Positions 53,937 through 64,000 of a stretch of DNA of 64,000 nucleotides are shown here, one piece after another. Origin of the DNA: an uncultured Eubacteriales bacterium (GTDB taxonomy: Bacteria; Bacillota; Clostridia; UBA1381; UMGS1253). How positions within the stretch are numbered: the stretch's first letter is position 1; each line of letters begins with the position of its first letter. The stretch is from the NCBI GenBank assembly GCA_902492065.1, contig CABUKE010000002.1, positions 131,548 to 195,547 on the forward strand, in the 5' to 3' direction. The position numbers and the translations under genes were made by a program. Under the pieces are notes generated by a model. That model did not search any database. It was not told the DNA's origin and worked only from the letters and a program-made list of their open reading frames with translations.

Positions 53937-55235
53937 TTACCCGATATCACGGTCTATCATTTTATCCGACTCATATACACTGCGTCCCCGCTTGTTCTCA
54001 TTGCGGATTATCTCAGGTGTTTTACCTTCCAAGACTGTATCCGCATGGACAATGCATCGTTCAATTGTTTCGTCTGAAGGGATATCGAACATAATGTCCA
54101 TCATTGTTTCCTCTACAATTGCCCGCAGGCCGCGTGCACCAGTATTCCGCTCACTCGCCTTATCGGCAATCGCCTCAATCGCCTCACGGTCAAACTCCAA
54201 ACGAACATCGTCCATATCCAATAACTTTTGATATTGCTTGATCAGCGCATTCTTTGGCTCGGTAAGGATACGTACCAATGCCTCACGGTCAAGATTATCG
54301 AGCGTCGCCACAATCGGCAACCGACCGATAAACTCCGGAATCAGTCCATATTTCAATAAATCCTGAGGGGTTATGTTCTTCAGCGTCTTTCCAAATTCAA
54401 GATTCTTTTTGCTCTCTACAACCGCGCCAAATCCCAAAGAATTTTTACCCGTACGGTTATTGATAATCTTATCAATACCGTCAAAAGCGCCGCCGCATAT
54501 AAACAAAATATTCGTCGTGTCGATTTGAATAAACTCCTGATGTGGATGCTTTCTGCCGCCCTGCGGCGGTACAGAGGCAACCGTTCCCTCCAAAATTTTC
54601 AAAAGCGCCTGCTGCACGCCCTCACCGCTGACATCGCGCGTTATGGACGGATTCTCCGACTTTTTAGAAATCTTATCAATTTCATCAATGTAGATAATAC
54701 CGCGCTCCGCCATATCGATGTCGTAATCGGCCGCTTGAATCAACTTGAGCAGAATATTTTCCACATCTTCACCGACATAACCCGCCTCCGTCAAAGAGGT
54801 TGCATCCGCAATGGCAAACGGTACATTCAAAATCCGTGCCAGCGTCTGCGCTAAAAACGTTTTACCGGAACCGGTCGGCCCAAGCAGCAAAATATTACTT
54901 TTTTGCAGTTCCACATCATCGATGTGGTTCTCATGCTCAATTCGTTTATAATGGTTATAGACCGCCACGGACATGACCTTTTTTGCCTCATCCTGCCCGA
55001 TAACATACTGGTCTAAAATTTCTTTTATTTTCTTTGGCTTCGGCACATTTGCCAAATCCAAATCCATCGGTTCCATCTCGTATTCGCCATCCAGAACGCT
55101 CTGGCACAGCGCAATACACTCATTGCAGATATACACGCCCGGCCCTGCAACGAGCTTTTTCACCGCATCCTGTGACTTCCCGCAGAAAGAACACTTCAGC
55201 AGCTTTGTATTGTTAGTCGGTTTGTTACCGGACAT
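53937..55235 (-). CDS. clpX: ATP-dependent Clp protease ATP-binding subunit ClpX
   Basis: Start at 55235 (MSGNK) behind GAGAGG. Zinc ribbon CSFCGK...CNEC and GPTGSGKT. Confidence 0.97.
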   Translation of the reverse strand: MSGNKPTNNTKLLKCSFCGKSQDAVKKLVAGPGVYICNECIALCQSVLDGEYEMEPMDLDLANVPKPKKIKEILDQYVIGQDEAKKVMSVAVYNHYKRIEHENHIDDVELQKSNILLLGPTGSGKTFLAQTLARILNVPFAIADATSLTEAGYVGEDVENILLKLIQAADYDIDMAERGIIYIDEIDKISKKSENPSITRDVSGEGVQQALLKILEGTVASVPPQGGRKHPHQEFIQIDTTNILFICGGAFDGIDKIINNRTGKNSLGFGAVVESKKNLEFGKTLKNITPQDLLKYGLIPEFIGRLPIVATLDNLDREALVRILTEPKNALIKQYQKLLDMDDVRLEFDREAIEAIADKASERNTGARGLRAIVEETMMDIMFDIPSDETIERCIVHADTVLEGKTPEIIRNENKRGRSVYESDKMIDRDIG

Positions 55236-55258
55236 TGTGTCACCTCTCATTCAAGCAT

Positions 55259-55849
55259 TTATGCTCTGTGTGTAAACACGTCGTCAATCAGGCCATACGC
55301 CTTTGCTTCCTGTGCGCTCATAAAGTTATCCCGGTCTGTGTCGTGTTCGATTACCTCAAGCGGTTTTCCGGTGTTTTCTGCCATGATACGGTTTAACTTA
55401 TCACGCGTCTTGAGCACCCAGTCCGTATGGATTTTCATATCCGATGCCTGCCCCTGCGCGCCGCCCATCGGCTGATGAATCATGATTTCCGCGTTCGGGA
55501 GCGCAAACCGCTTGCTCTTTGCGCCGGAGCTAAGAAGAAACGCACCCATAGACGCAGCCATACCAATGCAGATGGTCGAAACATCGCATTTGATATACTG
55601 CATGGTATCATAGATTGCCATGCCCGCTGTTACAGAACCGCCGGGGCTGTTGATATAAAACTGGATATCCTTATCCGGGTCCTCACCCTCCAGGAACAGG
55701 AGCTGTGCAACAACCAGCGACGACGTTACATCGTTCACTTCTTCTCCCAATATAATAATCCGGTCTTTCAGCAGGCGCGAATAAATATCATACGCACGCT
55801 CACCGCGGTTCGTCTGTTCGATGACGGTAGGCACTAAACTCATATTCAT
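55259..55849 (-). CDS. clpP: ATP-dependent Clp protease proteolytic subunit
   Basis: Start is likely ATG 55849 behind GGGAG; track ORF extends to 55858. Motifs [11 protein letters not shown] and MIHQPMGG. Confidence 0.97.
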   Translation of the reverse strand: MNMSLVPTVIEQTNRGERAYDIYSRLLKDRIIILGEEVNDVTSSLVVAQLLFLEGEDPDKDIQFYINSPGGSVTAGMAIYDTMQYIKCDVSTICIGMAASMGAFLLSSGAKSKRFALPNAEIMIHQPMGGAQGQASDMKIHTDWVLKTRDKLNRIMAENTGKPLEVIEHDTDRDNFMSAQEAKAYGLIDDVFTHRA

Positions 55850-55885
55850 GCGAATCACTCCCTGTCAATGGAATTGTGTATTTTC

Positions 55886-57181
55886 TTATTTTTCAGTTTC
55901 TTCAACGAAGTTTGCCTTGGCAATTAAAGCGTCAATCGTCTTGTTTGTAATAATATCCTTCTTCAAATCCTCTTCGTTTACAAAGCTCTTCACTTTGTCC
56001 ACGTCCATCTTGTACTGCTCTGCAAGCTTTTCATACTCCTTGGCAACGTCATCCTTAAGCGCCTTGATTTTTTCCTTTTTCGCCATTGCTTCAAGCGCAA
56101 GCATACCCTTAACCTGACGCTCTGCCTGCTCGCGGAACTGTCCGCGGAACGCCGCCATGTCAAGGCCGGCATACTCCAAGTATTTCTCAACCGTCATACC
56201 CTGATAAGACAGACGCATTTCAAAGTCGCGTACGAGGTCGTCAATCCGGTTTTCATACATGATATCCGGAATTTCAGCCTTCATCTTATCAACAACAAAG
56301 TCAATTACTTCATTTTCCAGTTCCTGCTTTTCCCGCTTCTCGGCATTCTCCTTCAGCTTTGCCAAAATATCTGCCTTAAATTCATCTAATGTATCAAATT
56401 CGCTGACATCTTTTGCAAATTCGTCGTCCAGCTCCGGCAATTCCTTCGCCTTAATGCTGTGAATTTTTACTTTAAATACAGCAGGCTTGCCCGCAAGCTC
56501 CGGTGCATGATATTCTTCCGGGAAGGTCACGTTTACGTCAGTTTCCTCGCCTGCATTCTTCCCAACCAGTTGGTCTTCAAAGCCCGGAATAAACTGTCCG
56601 GAACCAAGCTCAAGCTCATAGCCTTCGCCCTTGCCGCCTTCAAACGCAACGCCGTCAACAAAGCCCTCAAAGTCAATTACAACCGTGTCGCCGTTCTGTG
56701 CAGCACGATCCTCTACCGTAAGGATACGCGCGTTCTGGCTCTGGTAACGCGTCAGTTCACGTTCCACGTCCTCGTCTGTTACAGGATATTCCGGCTTCTT
56801 CACATCAATCGTTTCAAATTTGCTGATTTTTACATCCGGCTTTACCGTAACCTTTGCCGTCAAAACGAGGCAGTTTTCCGCATCCGGAAACTGCTTAATG
56901 TCAACCTCCGGACGGGAAACCGGCTCAATCTTTGCTTCTTTAATCGCCGCTTCATACGCGTCTGGGAACACGAAATTGATTGCATCGTCGTAAAAAATCT
57001 CGCTGCCGTACATCTTTTCCACAATCTTCCGTGGCGCCTTCCCCTTCCGGAAGCCGGGGATATTGAAGTGCTTTATATTCTTTATGTAGGAACGCTGCAT
57101 TGCAGACTCAAAGGCATCTTTTTCAATTTCAAATTCAAGCTCAACTACGTTTGTTTCCAACTTTTCAACCTTTACACTCAT
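55886..57181 (-). CDS. tig: trigger factor
   Basis: Start ATG 57181 (MSVKVEKLE) behind GGAGGAAAAAAG; track ORF extends to 57232. Contains a PPIase FKBP-type middle domain. Confidence 0.95.
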   Translation of the reverse strand: MSVKVEKLETNVVELEFEIEKDAFESAMQRSYIKNIKHFNIPGFRKGKAPRKIVEKMYGSEIFYDDAINFVFPDAYEAAIKEAKIEPVSRPEVDIKQFPDAENCLVLTAKVTVKPDVKISKFETIDVKKPEYPVTDEDVERELTRYQSQNARILTVEDRAAQNGDTVVIDFEGFVDGVAFEGGKGEGYELELGSGQFIPGFEDQLVGKNAGEETDVNVTFPEEYHAPELAGKPAVFKVKIHSIKAKELPELDDEFAKDVSEFDTLDEFKADILAKLKENAEKREKQELENEVIDFVVDKMKAEIPDIMYENRIDDLVRDFEMRLSYQGMTVEKYLEYAGLDMAAFRGQFREQAERQVKGMLALEAMAKKEKIKALKDDVAKEYEKLAEQYKMDVDKVKSFVNEEDLKKDIITNKTIDALIAKANFVEETEK

Positions 57182-57242
57182 CTTTTTTCCTCCACACTCA
57201 ATTTTACCATTTAACATTTGTACAAAGAACAATCATTATGAT

Positions 57243-57270
57243 ATTATAGCATACCAACAGGAATTTGCAA
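57243..57270 (-). promoter_or_regulatory. sigma-A type promoter for tig-clpP-clpX
   Basis: On the - strand: TTGCAA, 16-nt spacer, TGcTATAAT. Confidence 0.55.
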
Positions 57271-57289
57271 CCTTTTTTCTGAAAAATTT

Positions 57290-57997
57290 TTAATCTGTTA
57301 ATTTTTTGGGTATAAATTCCAAATAATCACACGAAACCAAGTCGAACTTTATACCATTCTGTTCCCCCACAAAGGCGTACTGTCGTGCGCTGCCATGAAT
57401 ATGCCCATAAATAACATGTTTTATTCCGTATTTTAACATAAGCTCTAAAAATCCAGGATCAATCTGTCCCGCTGCCGTTACAGGCGGATAATGGGTAAAA
57501 AAGAGAATCTCCTTCGGATTATATTTGACCCCTTCTGTCAAGGACAGTTCCGCCCGCATTAATTCCCGCTGGTAAATCTTTGCATCCTCTTCTGTAAAGC
57601 CGCTTGTTGCCGGGCAGTTCCACAGTCTTGTTCCACAGATTGCCGTTGTATTGTATAAGAACGCATTGTTCTGCAAAAAGTGGATAGCTCGGTAGCCATG
57701 CTCCGATACATAACGCCGCAGCTTGCTTACGGTGTCCCACCAGTAGTCATGGTTACCTTTCATTAAAATCTTCGTCCCCGGAAGCGCATCTAAGAAGTCA
57801 AAATCCCGCTTTGCTTCCGAAAGATGCATTGCCCAGCAAAAGTCCCCCGGCAAAACGACCCAATCTTCTTCATTTACAAGTCTGCGCCAGTTTTCGTCCA
57901 GTCGTTCTACATAGTTTTCCCACGCTTTTCCGAATACGTCCATCGGCTTGTCAACGCCAAGCGGCAGATGCAAATCCGAAATTGTAAACAGTGCCAT
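57290..57997 (-). CDS. metallophosphoesterase family protein
   Basis: 235 aa. Motifs ISDLHL, GDFCW, GNHDYW, GHIH. Confidence 0.85.
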   Translation of the reverse strand: MALFTISDLHLPLGVDKPMDVFGKAWENYVERLDENWRRLVNEEDWVVLPGDFCWAMHLSEAKRDFDFLDALPGTKILMKGNHDYWWDTVSKLRRYVSEHGYRAIHFLQNNAFLYNTTAICGTRLWNCPATSGFTEEDAKIYQRELMRAELSLTEGVKYNPKEILFFTHYPPVTAAGQIDPGFLELMLKYGIKHVIYGHIHGSARQYAFVGEQNGIKFDLVSCDYLEFIPKKLTD

Positions 57998-58012
57998 AAA
58001 TCCCCTCCGCTT

Positions 58013-59464
58013 CTACTTTGAATACTGACCTAACAGGCTGTTTTTGATATCCCACAAATTTTGTGACAAATCAACATAATAGTTGTGCGGGTTTTCAAAC
58101 CGTTTTACTTCATCCCACAGCATGCCAACCTGCTGCGCGCAGAACGCCTTGATTTCCTCCAGCGAGGGCGACGTGTATACGCACTCCCCATGCTTGAAAA
58201 TCTGCACCAAGACGGGCTTTGCGTAAAAGTCCTCTACGAGCTTTCGTTTCCAGATATGCTCCGGATCAAAAATCTCATATGGCTTTGTATCGTCAATTTT
58301 CTCGTCGTGCAGCGTAATTACATCTGCAATTGCCATATCGTTTTCCCGGGAATACAGGCGATATACCTGCTTAAAACACGGCGTCGTAATTTTTGTTACG
58401 TTTTCGCTCAGCTTGATTTTCGGCGTAACTGTACCGTCGTATTCCTCCACCGCAACAATTTTATACACGCCGCCAAACACCGGCTCAGAGCTTGATGTAA
58501 TCAGCCGTTCGCCCACGCCAAAAGAGTTGATCTGCGCTCCCTGCATCAACGTATCGCGAATAATGAACTCGTCGAGAGAATTTGATGCAACAATGCCACA
58601 GTCCGGGAATCCTGCATCGTCAAGCATCTTACGCGCCTTTTTGGACAAATAGGTGATATCGCCGCTGTCAATCCGAATACCCTTCGGCCTGTGGCCCATT
58701 GGGAGCAGTACATCGCGGAACACGCGGATTGCATTCGGGATACCGCTCTTTAATACATTATATGTGTCGACCAAAAGTGTGCAGTCCTCCGGATACGTTT
58801 TTGCGTACGCGGCAAACGCGTCGTACTCATTGTCAAAAAGCTGTATCCAGCTATGCGCCATAGTGCCAAGCGCGGGTACGCCAAACTTACGCTCCGCAAT
58901 CGCACACGCAGTTCCGACACAGCCGCCGATATATGCTGCGCGCGCGCCCATAATGGCAGCATTGTAGCCCTGCGCCCGGCGGGAGCCAAACTCCATGACC
59001 GGACGGCCGTCCGCCGCGCGGACAATGCGGTTCGCTTTCGTCGCAATCAGGCTTTGGTGGTTTACTGTCAAAAGAATCATCGTTTCAACAAACTGCGCCT
59101 GAATCACCGGCCCGCGCACCGTAACAATCGGTTCGCCCGGAAAGATGGGCATTCCTTCCGGAACAGCCCACACATCACATTCAAACTTGAAATTTTTGAG
59201 ATAGTCCAAAAATTCTTCACAGAACATGCCCTTGCTGCGCAAAAAGGCAATGTCCTCCTCGTCAAACTTCAAATTTTCCAGATACTCAATCAACTGCTCA
59301 ACGCCAACCATAATGGCATAGCCGCCGCCGTCCGGCACCTTTCGGAAAAACATGTCAAAGTATACAATCTTGTCTACAAATCCATGCTCAAAATACCCAT
59401 TCGCCATAGTAAACTCGTAAAAGTCCGTTAGCATTGTCAGATTTTCTCTGTCCATTCTGTCCAT
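58013..59464 (-). CDS. pncB: nicotinate phosphoribosyltransferase
   Basis: 483 aa. Motifs NLTMLTDFYEFTMANGYF and GTMAHSW. Confidence 0.93.
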   Translation of the reverse strand: MDRMDRENLTMLTDFYEFTMANGYFEHGFVDKIVYFDMFFRKVPDGGGYAIMVGVEQLIEYLENLKFDEEDIAFLRSKGMFCEEFLDYLKNFKFECDVWAVPEGMPIFPGEPIVTVRGPVIQAQFVETMILLTVNHQSLIATKANRIVRAADGRPVMEFGSRRAQGYNAAIMGARAAYIGGCVGTACAIAERKFGVPALGTMAHSWIQLFDNEYDAFAAYAKTYPEDCTLLVDTYNVLKSGIPNAIRVFRDVLLPMGHRPKGIRIDSGDITYLSKKARKMLDDAGFPDCGIVASNSLDEFIIRDTLMQGAQINSFGVGERLITSSSEPVFGGVYKIVAVEEYDGTVTPKIKLSENVTKITTPCFKQVYRLYSRENDMAIADVITLHDEKIDDTKPYEIFDPEHIWKRKLVEDFYAKPVLVQIFKHGECVYTSPSLEEIKAFCAQQVGMLWDEVKRFENPHNYYVDLSQNLWDIKNSLLGQYSK

Positions 59465-59512
59465 CGCCTTTTCTATAATTTTTACAGCCTTAACTCGATT
59501 GTTATAAATATA

Positions 59513-61786
59513 TCATACTTTTTTCAAATTTGCAAACATTGCCATCAAATTTTTTGTGTCGCCGTTTTCAAACTGGATTTGTACCTTATGGTCATTGCCC
59601 AACGGAGTTATTGACAAGACCTTCCCTTTGCCAAACTTTTTGTGCAGAACGGTATCGCCCTCTGCATAGTCGAGCTTGCCGCCGTTTCCGCTTGTTTTGC
59701 GGACATCAAAGCTCTCAAACAGGCTCGACTTTGTGGCGTTTGTGAACTGTGCAATCGTATTTTTGAGTATTTTCGAGCGTTCCGCGCCGCTCAGGGCCAC
59801 AGCTTGCACGGCCTTCTTTTTTCTACCGCCAAACTCAAAGAGCAAATCCTGCGGGATTTCCTGCACAAATCGCGACACGCGCGGGTACGTCGTCTGTCCA
59901 AAAATCATACGCGCTTGCGCTTTCGTAATATAAAGGTTTTCCTTTGCGCGCGTAATGGCAACGTAGCAAAGCCGCCGTTCTTCCTCGATTTCTTCTTCAT
60001 CCACCATCGAACGGGTACCCGGGAAAAGCCCCTCCTCCATACCTGCAAGGAACACGACCGGAAACTCCAGTCCCTTCGCAGAATGAATTGTCATAAGCGT
60101 AACGGCAGGCTGATCCTCGTCGTAATTATCAATATCGGAAATAAGGGAAACATTCTCCAAAAAGTCCGACAGCGACGGTTCCTCTGCCGACGCTTCATAT
60201 TCCTTTACCACAGACATAAATTCGTCCAGGTTTTCCATTCGGCTCTGTGCCTCAATCGAGTTTTCCAGCATTAAAGCCTGTCGATACCCCGTCTTATCGA
60301 GTACCAAATCGACAAAATCCGTCAGGCGCATTTCCGGCTGTGACCGATGCAGCAGGTCAATCATAGCCGTAAAGTCACCAAGCTTTACAGACGCACGCAA
60401 CAGCTCGGAATATCGATTTGCTTCTTTTATCACATCGTACATGCTTGTTCCAAGGCTGTCCGCAATATCCTGCGCGTACCCGACTGTTGTCGCACCAATC
60501 CCACGTTTTGGCTCGTTAATGATTCGTTTCAGACTTACACTATCGGCCGGATTATGAATCACACGCAGGTAAGCGATGATATCCTTGATTTCCTTGCGGT
60601 CATAGAAACGCAGACCCGCCAACACACGGTACGGAATTCCCTGCTTTAAAAGCATTTCCTCGAGTACGCGCGACTGTGCGTTGGTGCGGTACAGGATAAC
60701 AAAATCACTAAACTGTCGCGTCCCCTCTGATACAATTCGGTCAATCTCCCGCGCGATGAAGCGTCCTTCGTCATGTTCATTCTCTGCATCGTAAAAGTAA
60801 ATCTTATCGCCTTCCGCGCCTTCTGTCCAGAGATTCTTCCCCTTCCGCTTTCGGTTGTGCGCAATTACATCGTTTGCCGCGTTTAGAATCGTCTGTGTGG
60901 AGCGGTAATTCTGCTCAAGCTTGATTACCTTAGCGTCCGGAAATTCTTGTTCAAAGTCAAGGATATTGCGGATGTTGGCGCCGCGGAATTTGTAAATGCT
61001 CTGGTCGTCGTCGCCCACGACGCACAAATTCCGATGCGCGCCAGACAAAAGGGAAACAAGCCGGTACTGCGCATTGTTCGTGTCCTGATACTCGTCAACC
61101 ATGATATAGCGGAACTTCTTCTGGTAGTATTCCAGAGCATCCGGATTTTCCTCAAACAGACGGACGGTATTGACGATAATATCGTCAAAGTCAAGCGCAT
61201 TATTCGCCTTTAATATGTTTTGATAGGATATGTAAAGCTGGGCAATTTTACTCATACGAAAGTCGCCGGCATACATCTTTTCAAACTCCTGTGGACTGAG
61301 CAAATCGTCCTTTGCGTTACTGATTTGCGCAAGCACGGAACGCGGCGCAAAGTTTTTGTCTGACAAATTGAGCTGTTTTAAGCAGTCCTTGATGACCGTC
61401 TGCGAGTCGGCACTGTCGTAGATAACAAAACTGCTGTCGTAACCAAGCCGCGTAATGTAACGGCGCAGGATTTTGACACACATCGAGTGAAAGGTCGAAA
61501 CCCAGATATCGTTTGCACTTTCGTCAAACAGACGTGCAACACGCGTTTTCATCTCGTTAGCGGCCTTGTTGGTAAACGTAATCGCCAGTATATTGTACGG
61601 ACGCACCTGCTTTTCCAGCAGCAGATACGCAATCCGATTGACAAGCACGGTCGTCTTTCCGCTGCCTGCGCCTGCCAGAATCAAAAGCGGTCCCTCCGTA
61701 TGCATCACTGCCTCTCTCTGCATCGGATTCAGACCTGCAAAAAGTTCTTTTGTATCGAATTCACCCATTTCGTCTATTTCCTCCAT
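59513..61786 (-). CDS. pcrA: ATP-dependent DNA helicase PcrA/UvrD
   Basis: 757 aa. Motifs AGAGSGKTTVL, VDEYQDTN, TIHSAKGLEF. The Met at 61768 is an alternative start. Confidence 0.95.
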   Translation of the reverse strand: MEEIDEMGEFDTKELFAGLNPMQREAVMHTEGPLLILAGAGSGKTTVLVNRIAYLLLEKQVRPYNILAITFTNKAANEMKTRVARLFDESANDIWVSTFHSMCVKILRRYITRLGYDSSFVIYDSADSQTVIKDCLKQLNLSDKNFAPRSVLAQISNAKDDLLSPQEFEKMYAGDFRMSKIAQLYISYQNILKANNALDFDDIIVNTVRLFEENPDALEYYQKKFRYIMVDEYQDTNNAQYRLVSLLSGAHRNLCVVGDDDQSIYKFRGANIRNILDFEQEFPDAKVIKLEQNYRSTQTILNAANDVIAHNRKRKGKNLWTEGAEGDKIYFYDAENEHDEGRFIAREIDRIVSEGTRQFSDFVILYRTNAQSRVLEEMLLKQGIPYRVLAGLRFYDRKEIKDIIAYLRVIHNPADSVSLKRIINEPKRGIGATTVGYAQDIADSLGTSMYDVIKEANRYSELLRASVKLGDFTAMIDLLHRSQPEMRLTDFVDLVLDKTGYRQALMLENSIEAQSRMENLDEFMSVVKEYEASAEEPSLSDFLENVSLISDIDNYDEDQPAVTLMTIHSAKGLEFPVVFLAGMEEGLFPGTRSMVDEEEIEEERRLCYVAITRAKENLYITKAQARMIFGQTTYPRVSRFVQEIPQDLLFEFGGRKKKAVQAVALSGAERSKILKNTIAQFTNATKSSLFESFDVRKTSGNGGKLDYAEGDTVLHKKFGKGKVLSITPLGNDHKVQIQFENGDTKNLMAMFANLKKV

Positions 61787-61874
61787 ATTTGTTCAGTCTA
61801 AACAGTTACTATATTATTGTACCGCATTTTCAACAGAATGGAAAGGGAAATCCGAAAATTTGTTCATGTTCCCA

Positions 61875-61917
61875 CAAAAAAATTCAGCGTAAAGCCGAAA
61901 TCCGGCCTCACGCTGAA
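61875..61917 (-). terminator. rho-independent terminator after hydA
   Basis: On the - strand: TTCAGCGT...ACGCTGAA followed by TTTTTTT. Confidence 0.75.
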
Positions 61918-61936
61918 GTATTTCCTTTTAAAAATA

Positions 61937-63682
61937 TTAGTACAGATCGCGCTTCACATAATGCGTGTGCAGAAGCTCATGCGCTTTATGCGAACCCGGC
62001 TTTTCAAAATACTCGTCGTAAAGCTTCTTGATGACCGGATTCTCGTGCGATTTACGAATTGGAAGAGACTTATCCTCTGTATAAAGCGCCTTTGCGCGCT
62101 CCGCCTTCAAATCAATCTCCATATGCACCTTCGCCGGAACGATTGGCTGGCCGCCGCCCGTTACACAGCCGCCTGGACATGCCATGATTTCAACAAAATC
62201 ATACGTTTCCTCACCGGCTTTGATTGCGTCGAGCAGCTTCCGCGCGTTGCCGAGGCCGTGCGCCACAGCCGCTTTGATCTTCTTGCCTGCAATCTCAACC
62301 TCAGCGCGCTTAATACCGTCCGTACCACGTACAATACTGTAGCTGTCCTCCGGTACGCTCTCGCCGGAGAGAACCTCTGCAACCGTACGAAGTGCAGCCT
62401 CCATTACGCCGCCTGTCGCGCCGAAAATAACACCTGCGCCCGTCGCCGCGCCAAACGGATTCTCAAACTCTTCGTCCGGAAGCTTTGTAAACTCAATGCC
62501 AGCTTCTTTAATCATCCGGGCAAGCTCGCGTGTCGTCAGTACAATATCGACATCCTTCAAACCGTCATGCGAAAGCTCCTCGCGTCCAGCCTCGAACTTC
62601 TTTGCTGTACACGGCATGATGGAAACATTTACAATGCTTTTCGGGTCAATCCCCTCTTTTTCTGCATAGTACGTCTTGATTACCGCACCGAACATTTCGT
62701 GCGGCGACTTTGCAGACGAAAGATTGTCCAAAAATTCCGGATAGTTGTGCTCGCAGAACTTTACCCAGCCCGGGCTGCAGGAGGTGATAACCGGGAGTTT
62801 GCCGCCGTTTGTAATGCGGTCGATAACTTCCGTGCCTTCTTCCATAATCGTCAGGTCCGCGCCTGTATCGGTGTCAAACACCTTGCTGAATCCGAGCCGG
62901 CGCAGCGCAGCAACCATTTTCCCCGTCACCGGCGTGCCAATCTCCATCCCGAATTCCTCGCCAAGCGCAGCGCGCACTGCTGGAGCAGTCTGCACGACAA
63001 CATACTTCGACTCATCGTGGATAGCATCCCAAACCTTTGCCGTATCATCCTTTTCATACAACGCGCCAACCGGACATGCTACGATACATTGTCCGCAATT
63101 TACACATGCCACTTCCCCAAGCGATTTGTCGAACGCACAGCCGATGTTCGTCGCAAAACCACGATGTTTCGCGTCGATTACGCCGACTGTCTGCACATTT
63201 TTGCAGACGCTGACACACCGGCGGCAAAGGATACATTTATTGTTATCACGCACAATAGACGGCGACAAATCGTCGATTTTGGCCTTGTGTTCGTCCTCTG
63301 TTCCTTCGTACGGGAGTTCCGTAATGCCAAGTTCCTCCGCCAAAGACTGAAGCTCACAATTGCGGTTACGCACACAGGTCAGACATGACTTCTCATGGTT
63401 CGACAAAATCAGCTCCAACGTCGTCTTTCTCGACTCGCGTACGAGCGGAGAGTTGGTATAAACCTCCATCCCCTCATTGACTGGATACACGCATGCAGCC
63501 TGCAAGCTTCTTGCACCCTTGATTTCAACGACGCACATACGGCAGGAACCAATCTGGTTTACATCTTTCAAATAACAGAGCGTCGGTATATCGATATTGG
63601 CAAGACGTGCCGCCTCTAAAACGGTAGAACCCTTCGGCGCGCTCACGTCAATGCCATTGATTTTCAAATTGACCATATCCAT
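61937..63682 (-). CDS. hydA: [FeFe] hydrogenase catalytic subunit (group A; 2Fe-2S plus 4Fe-4S N-terminal domains)
   Basis: 581 aa. H-cluster motifs TSCSPGW, MPCTAKKFE, EIMACPGGCVTGGGQP. Confidence 0.95.
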   Translation of the reverse strand: MDMVNLKINGIDVSAPKGSTVLEAARLANIDIPTLCYLKDVNQIGSCRMCVVEIKGARSLQAACVYPVNEGMEVYTNSPLVRESRKTTLELILSNHEKSCLTCVRNRNCELQSLAEELGITELPYEGTEDEHKAKIDDLSPSIVRDNNKCILCRRCVSVCKNVQTVGVIDAKHRGFATNIGCAFDKSLGEVACVNCGQCIVACPVGALYEKDDTAKVWDAIHDESKYVVVQTAPAVRAALGEEFGMEIGTPVTGKMVAALRRLGFSKVFDTDTGADLTIMEEGTEVIDRITNGGKLPVITSCSPGWVKFCEHNYPEFLDNLSSAKSPHEMFGAVIKTYYAEKEGIDPKSIVNVSIMPCTAKKFEAGREELSHDGLKDVDIVLTTRELARMIKEAGIEFTKLPDEEFENPFGAATGAGVIFGATGGVMEAALRTVAEVLSGESVPEDSYSIVRGTDGIKRAEVEIAGKKIKAAVAHGLGNARKLLDAIKAGEETYDFVEIMACPGGCVTGGGQPIVPAKVHMEIDLKAERAKALYTEDKSLPIRKSHENPVIKKLYDEYFEKPGSHKAHELLHTHYVKRDLY

Positions 63683-63706
63683 TGTTCTTTTCTCCTTTCC
63701 GGCGTA

Positions 63707-64000
63707 TTATTTCGAAATTGCTTTGAACGGACATTTTGCTTCACAAGCGCCGCACTTGATACACTTATCTGTATCAATCTTATACGGCAGTTTCCGCTCG
63801 CCGCTGATTGCGTCTACAGGACACTGCTTCGCGCAGATACCGCAGCCTCTGCACTTAACAGGGTCGATGCTGTAGCTTACAAGGCCCTTACATACGCCGG
63901 CCGGACATTTCTTGTCAACCACGTGGGCAATGTATTCATCCCTAAAGTAGCGCAGGGTACTCAAAATCGGGTTTGGCGCCGTCTGTCCAAGGCCGCACAG
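63707..64000 (-). CDS. C-terminus of the NuoF-like flavoprotein subunit of a multimeric [FeFe] hydrogenase (HydB-type), cut by window edge
   Basis: The ORF stays open to nt 64000. Two ferredoxin-type CxxCxxCxxxCP motifs, directly upstream of hydA. Confidence 0.8.
   Translation of the reverse strand: MCGLGQTAPNPILSTLRYFRDEYIAHVVDKKCPAGVCKGLVSYSIDPVKCRGCGICAKQCPVDAISGERKLPYKIDTDKCIKCGACEAKCPFKAISK

Noticed and set aside
61817-63388. A 523-aa ORF antisense to hydA. Similar long antisense ORFs occur at 11443..12897 (-), 20528..21697 (-), 6303..7364 (-), 1087..1989 (-), 14246..15115 (-), 28393..29415 (-) and 49354..50133 (+).
   Set aside because: All lie fully inside confidently identified genes on the opposite strand. 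They are Arg/Cys/His-rich, low-complexity translations with no recognisable motifs and no ribosome-binding sites. They are typical shadow ORFs of high-GC coding sequence.

Overview
This is a chromosomal core region of a moderately high-GC, spore-forming Firmicute. The Clostridia/Oscillospirales assignment is inferred from gene content, a CIRCE/HrcA heat-shock operon, single-chain PurL, citramalate synthase and an HydABC-type [FeFe] hydrogenase. I call about 52 protein genes, almost all housekeeping. On the + strand: lysA', dusB, guaB, uvrB, an orphan MntA-like ORF, uvrA, purL, cobO, a DUF624 protein, miaB, ymcA, mutS, mutL, miaA, leuA, cimA, a thioesterase, a GNAT, hrcA-grpE-dnaK-dnaJ, a four-gene sugar cluster, fhs, tsaE, tsaB, rpiB, nusB, xseA, xseB, ispA, a PAP2-like protein, a DUF5054-like protein, ireB, a DUF6873-like protein and ytxC. 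On the - strand: aspS, hisS, a GNAT, engB, lon, clpX, clpP, tig, a metallophosphoesterase, pncB, pcrA, hydA and hydB'. I found no rRNA, tRNA, CRISPR array, transposase, integrase or recognisable defence system. All genes from 1 to 46.9 kb are on + and all genes from 47.0 to 64 kb are on -, converging on a bidirectional terminator. The most unusual signal is non-coding. Two inverted copies of a 28-bp palindromic site (24/28 identical, all differences in the central 5 nt) sit at 45239-45266 and 50689-50716. Their arms resemble Xer dif/cer core-site arms, and together they bracket the 5.4-kb segment that contains the strand switch. Secondary points: a low-GC DUF6873+ytxC module behind a 345-bp unexplained spacer; a catalytically degenerate MntA-like ORF wedged into uvrB-uvrA; a GH31 / Gfo-Idh-MocA / TIM-barrel / mutarotase cluster; and a Cys-rich tail on the YmcA homologue. 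Several promoters share an extended -10 of the form TGTGCTATAAT. Everything here comes from reading the sequence and from recalled family motifs; no searches were run.
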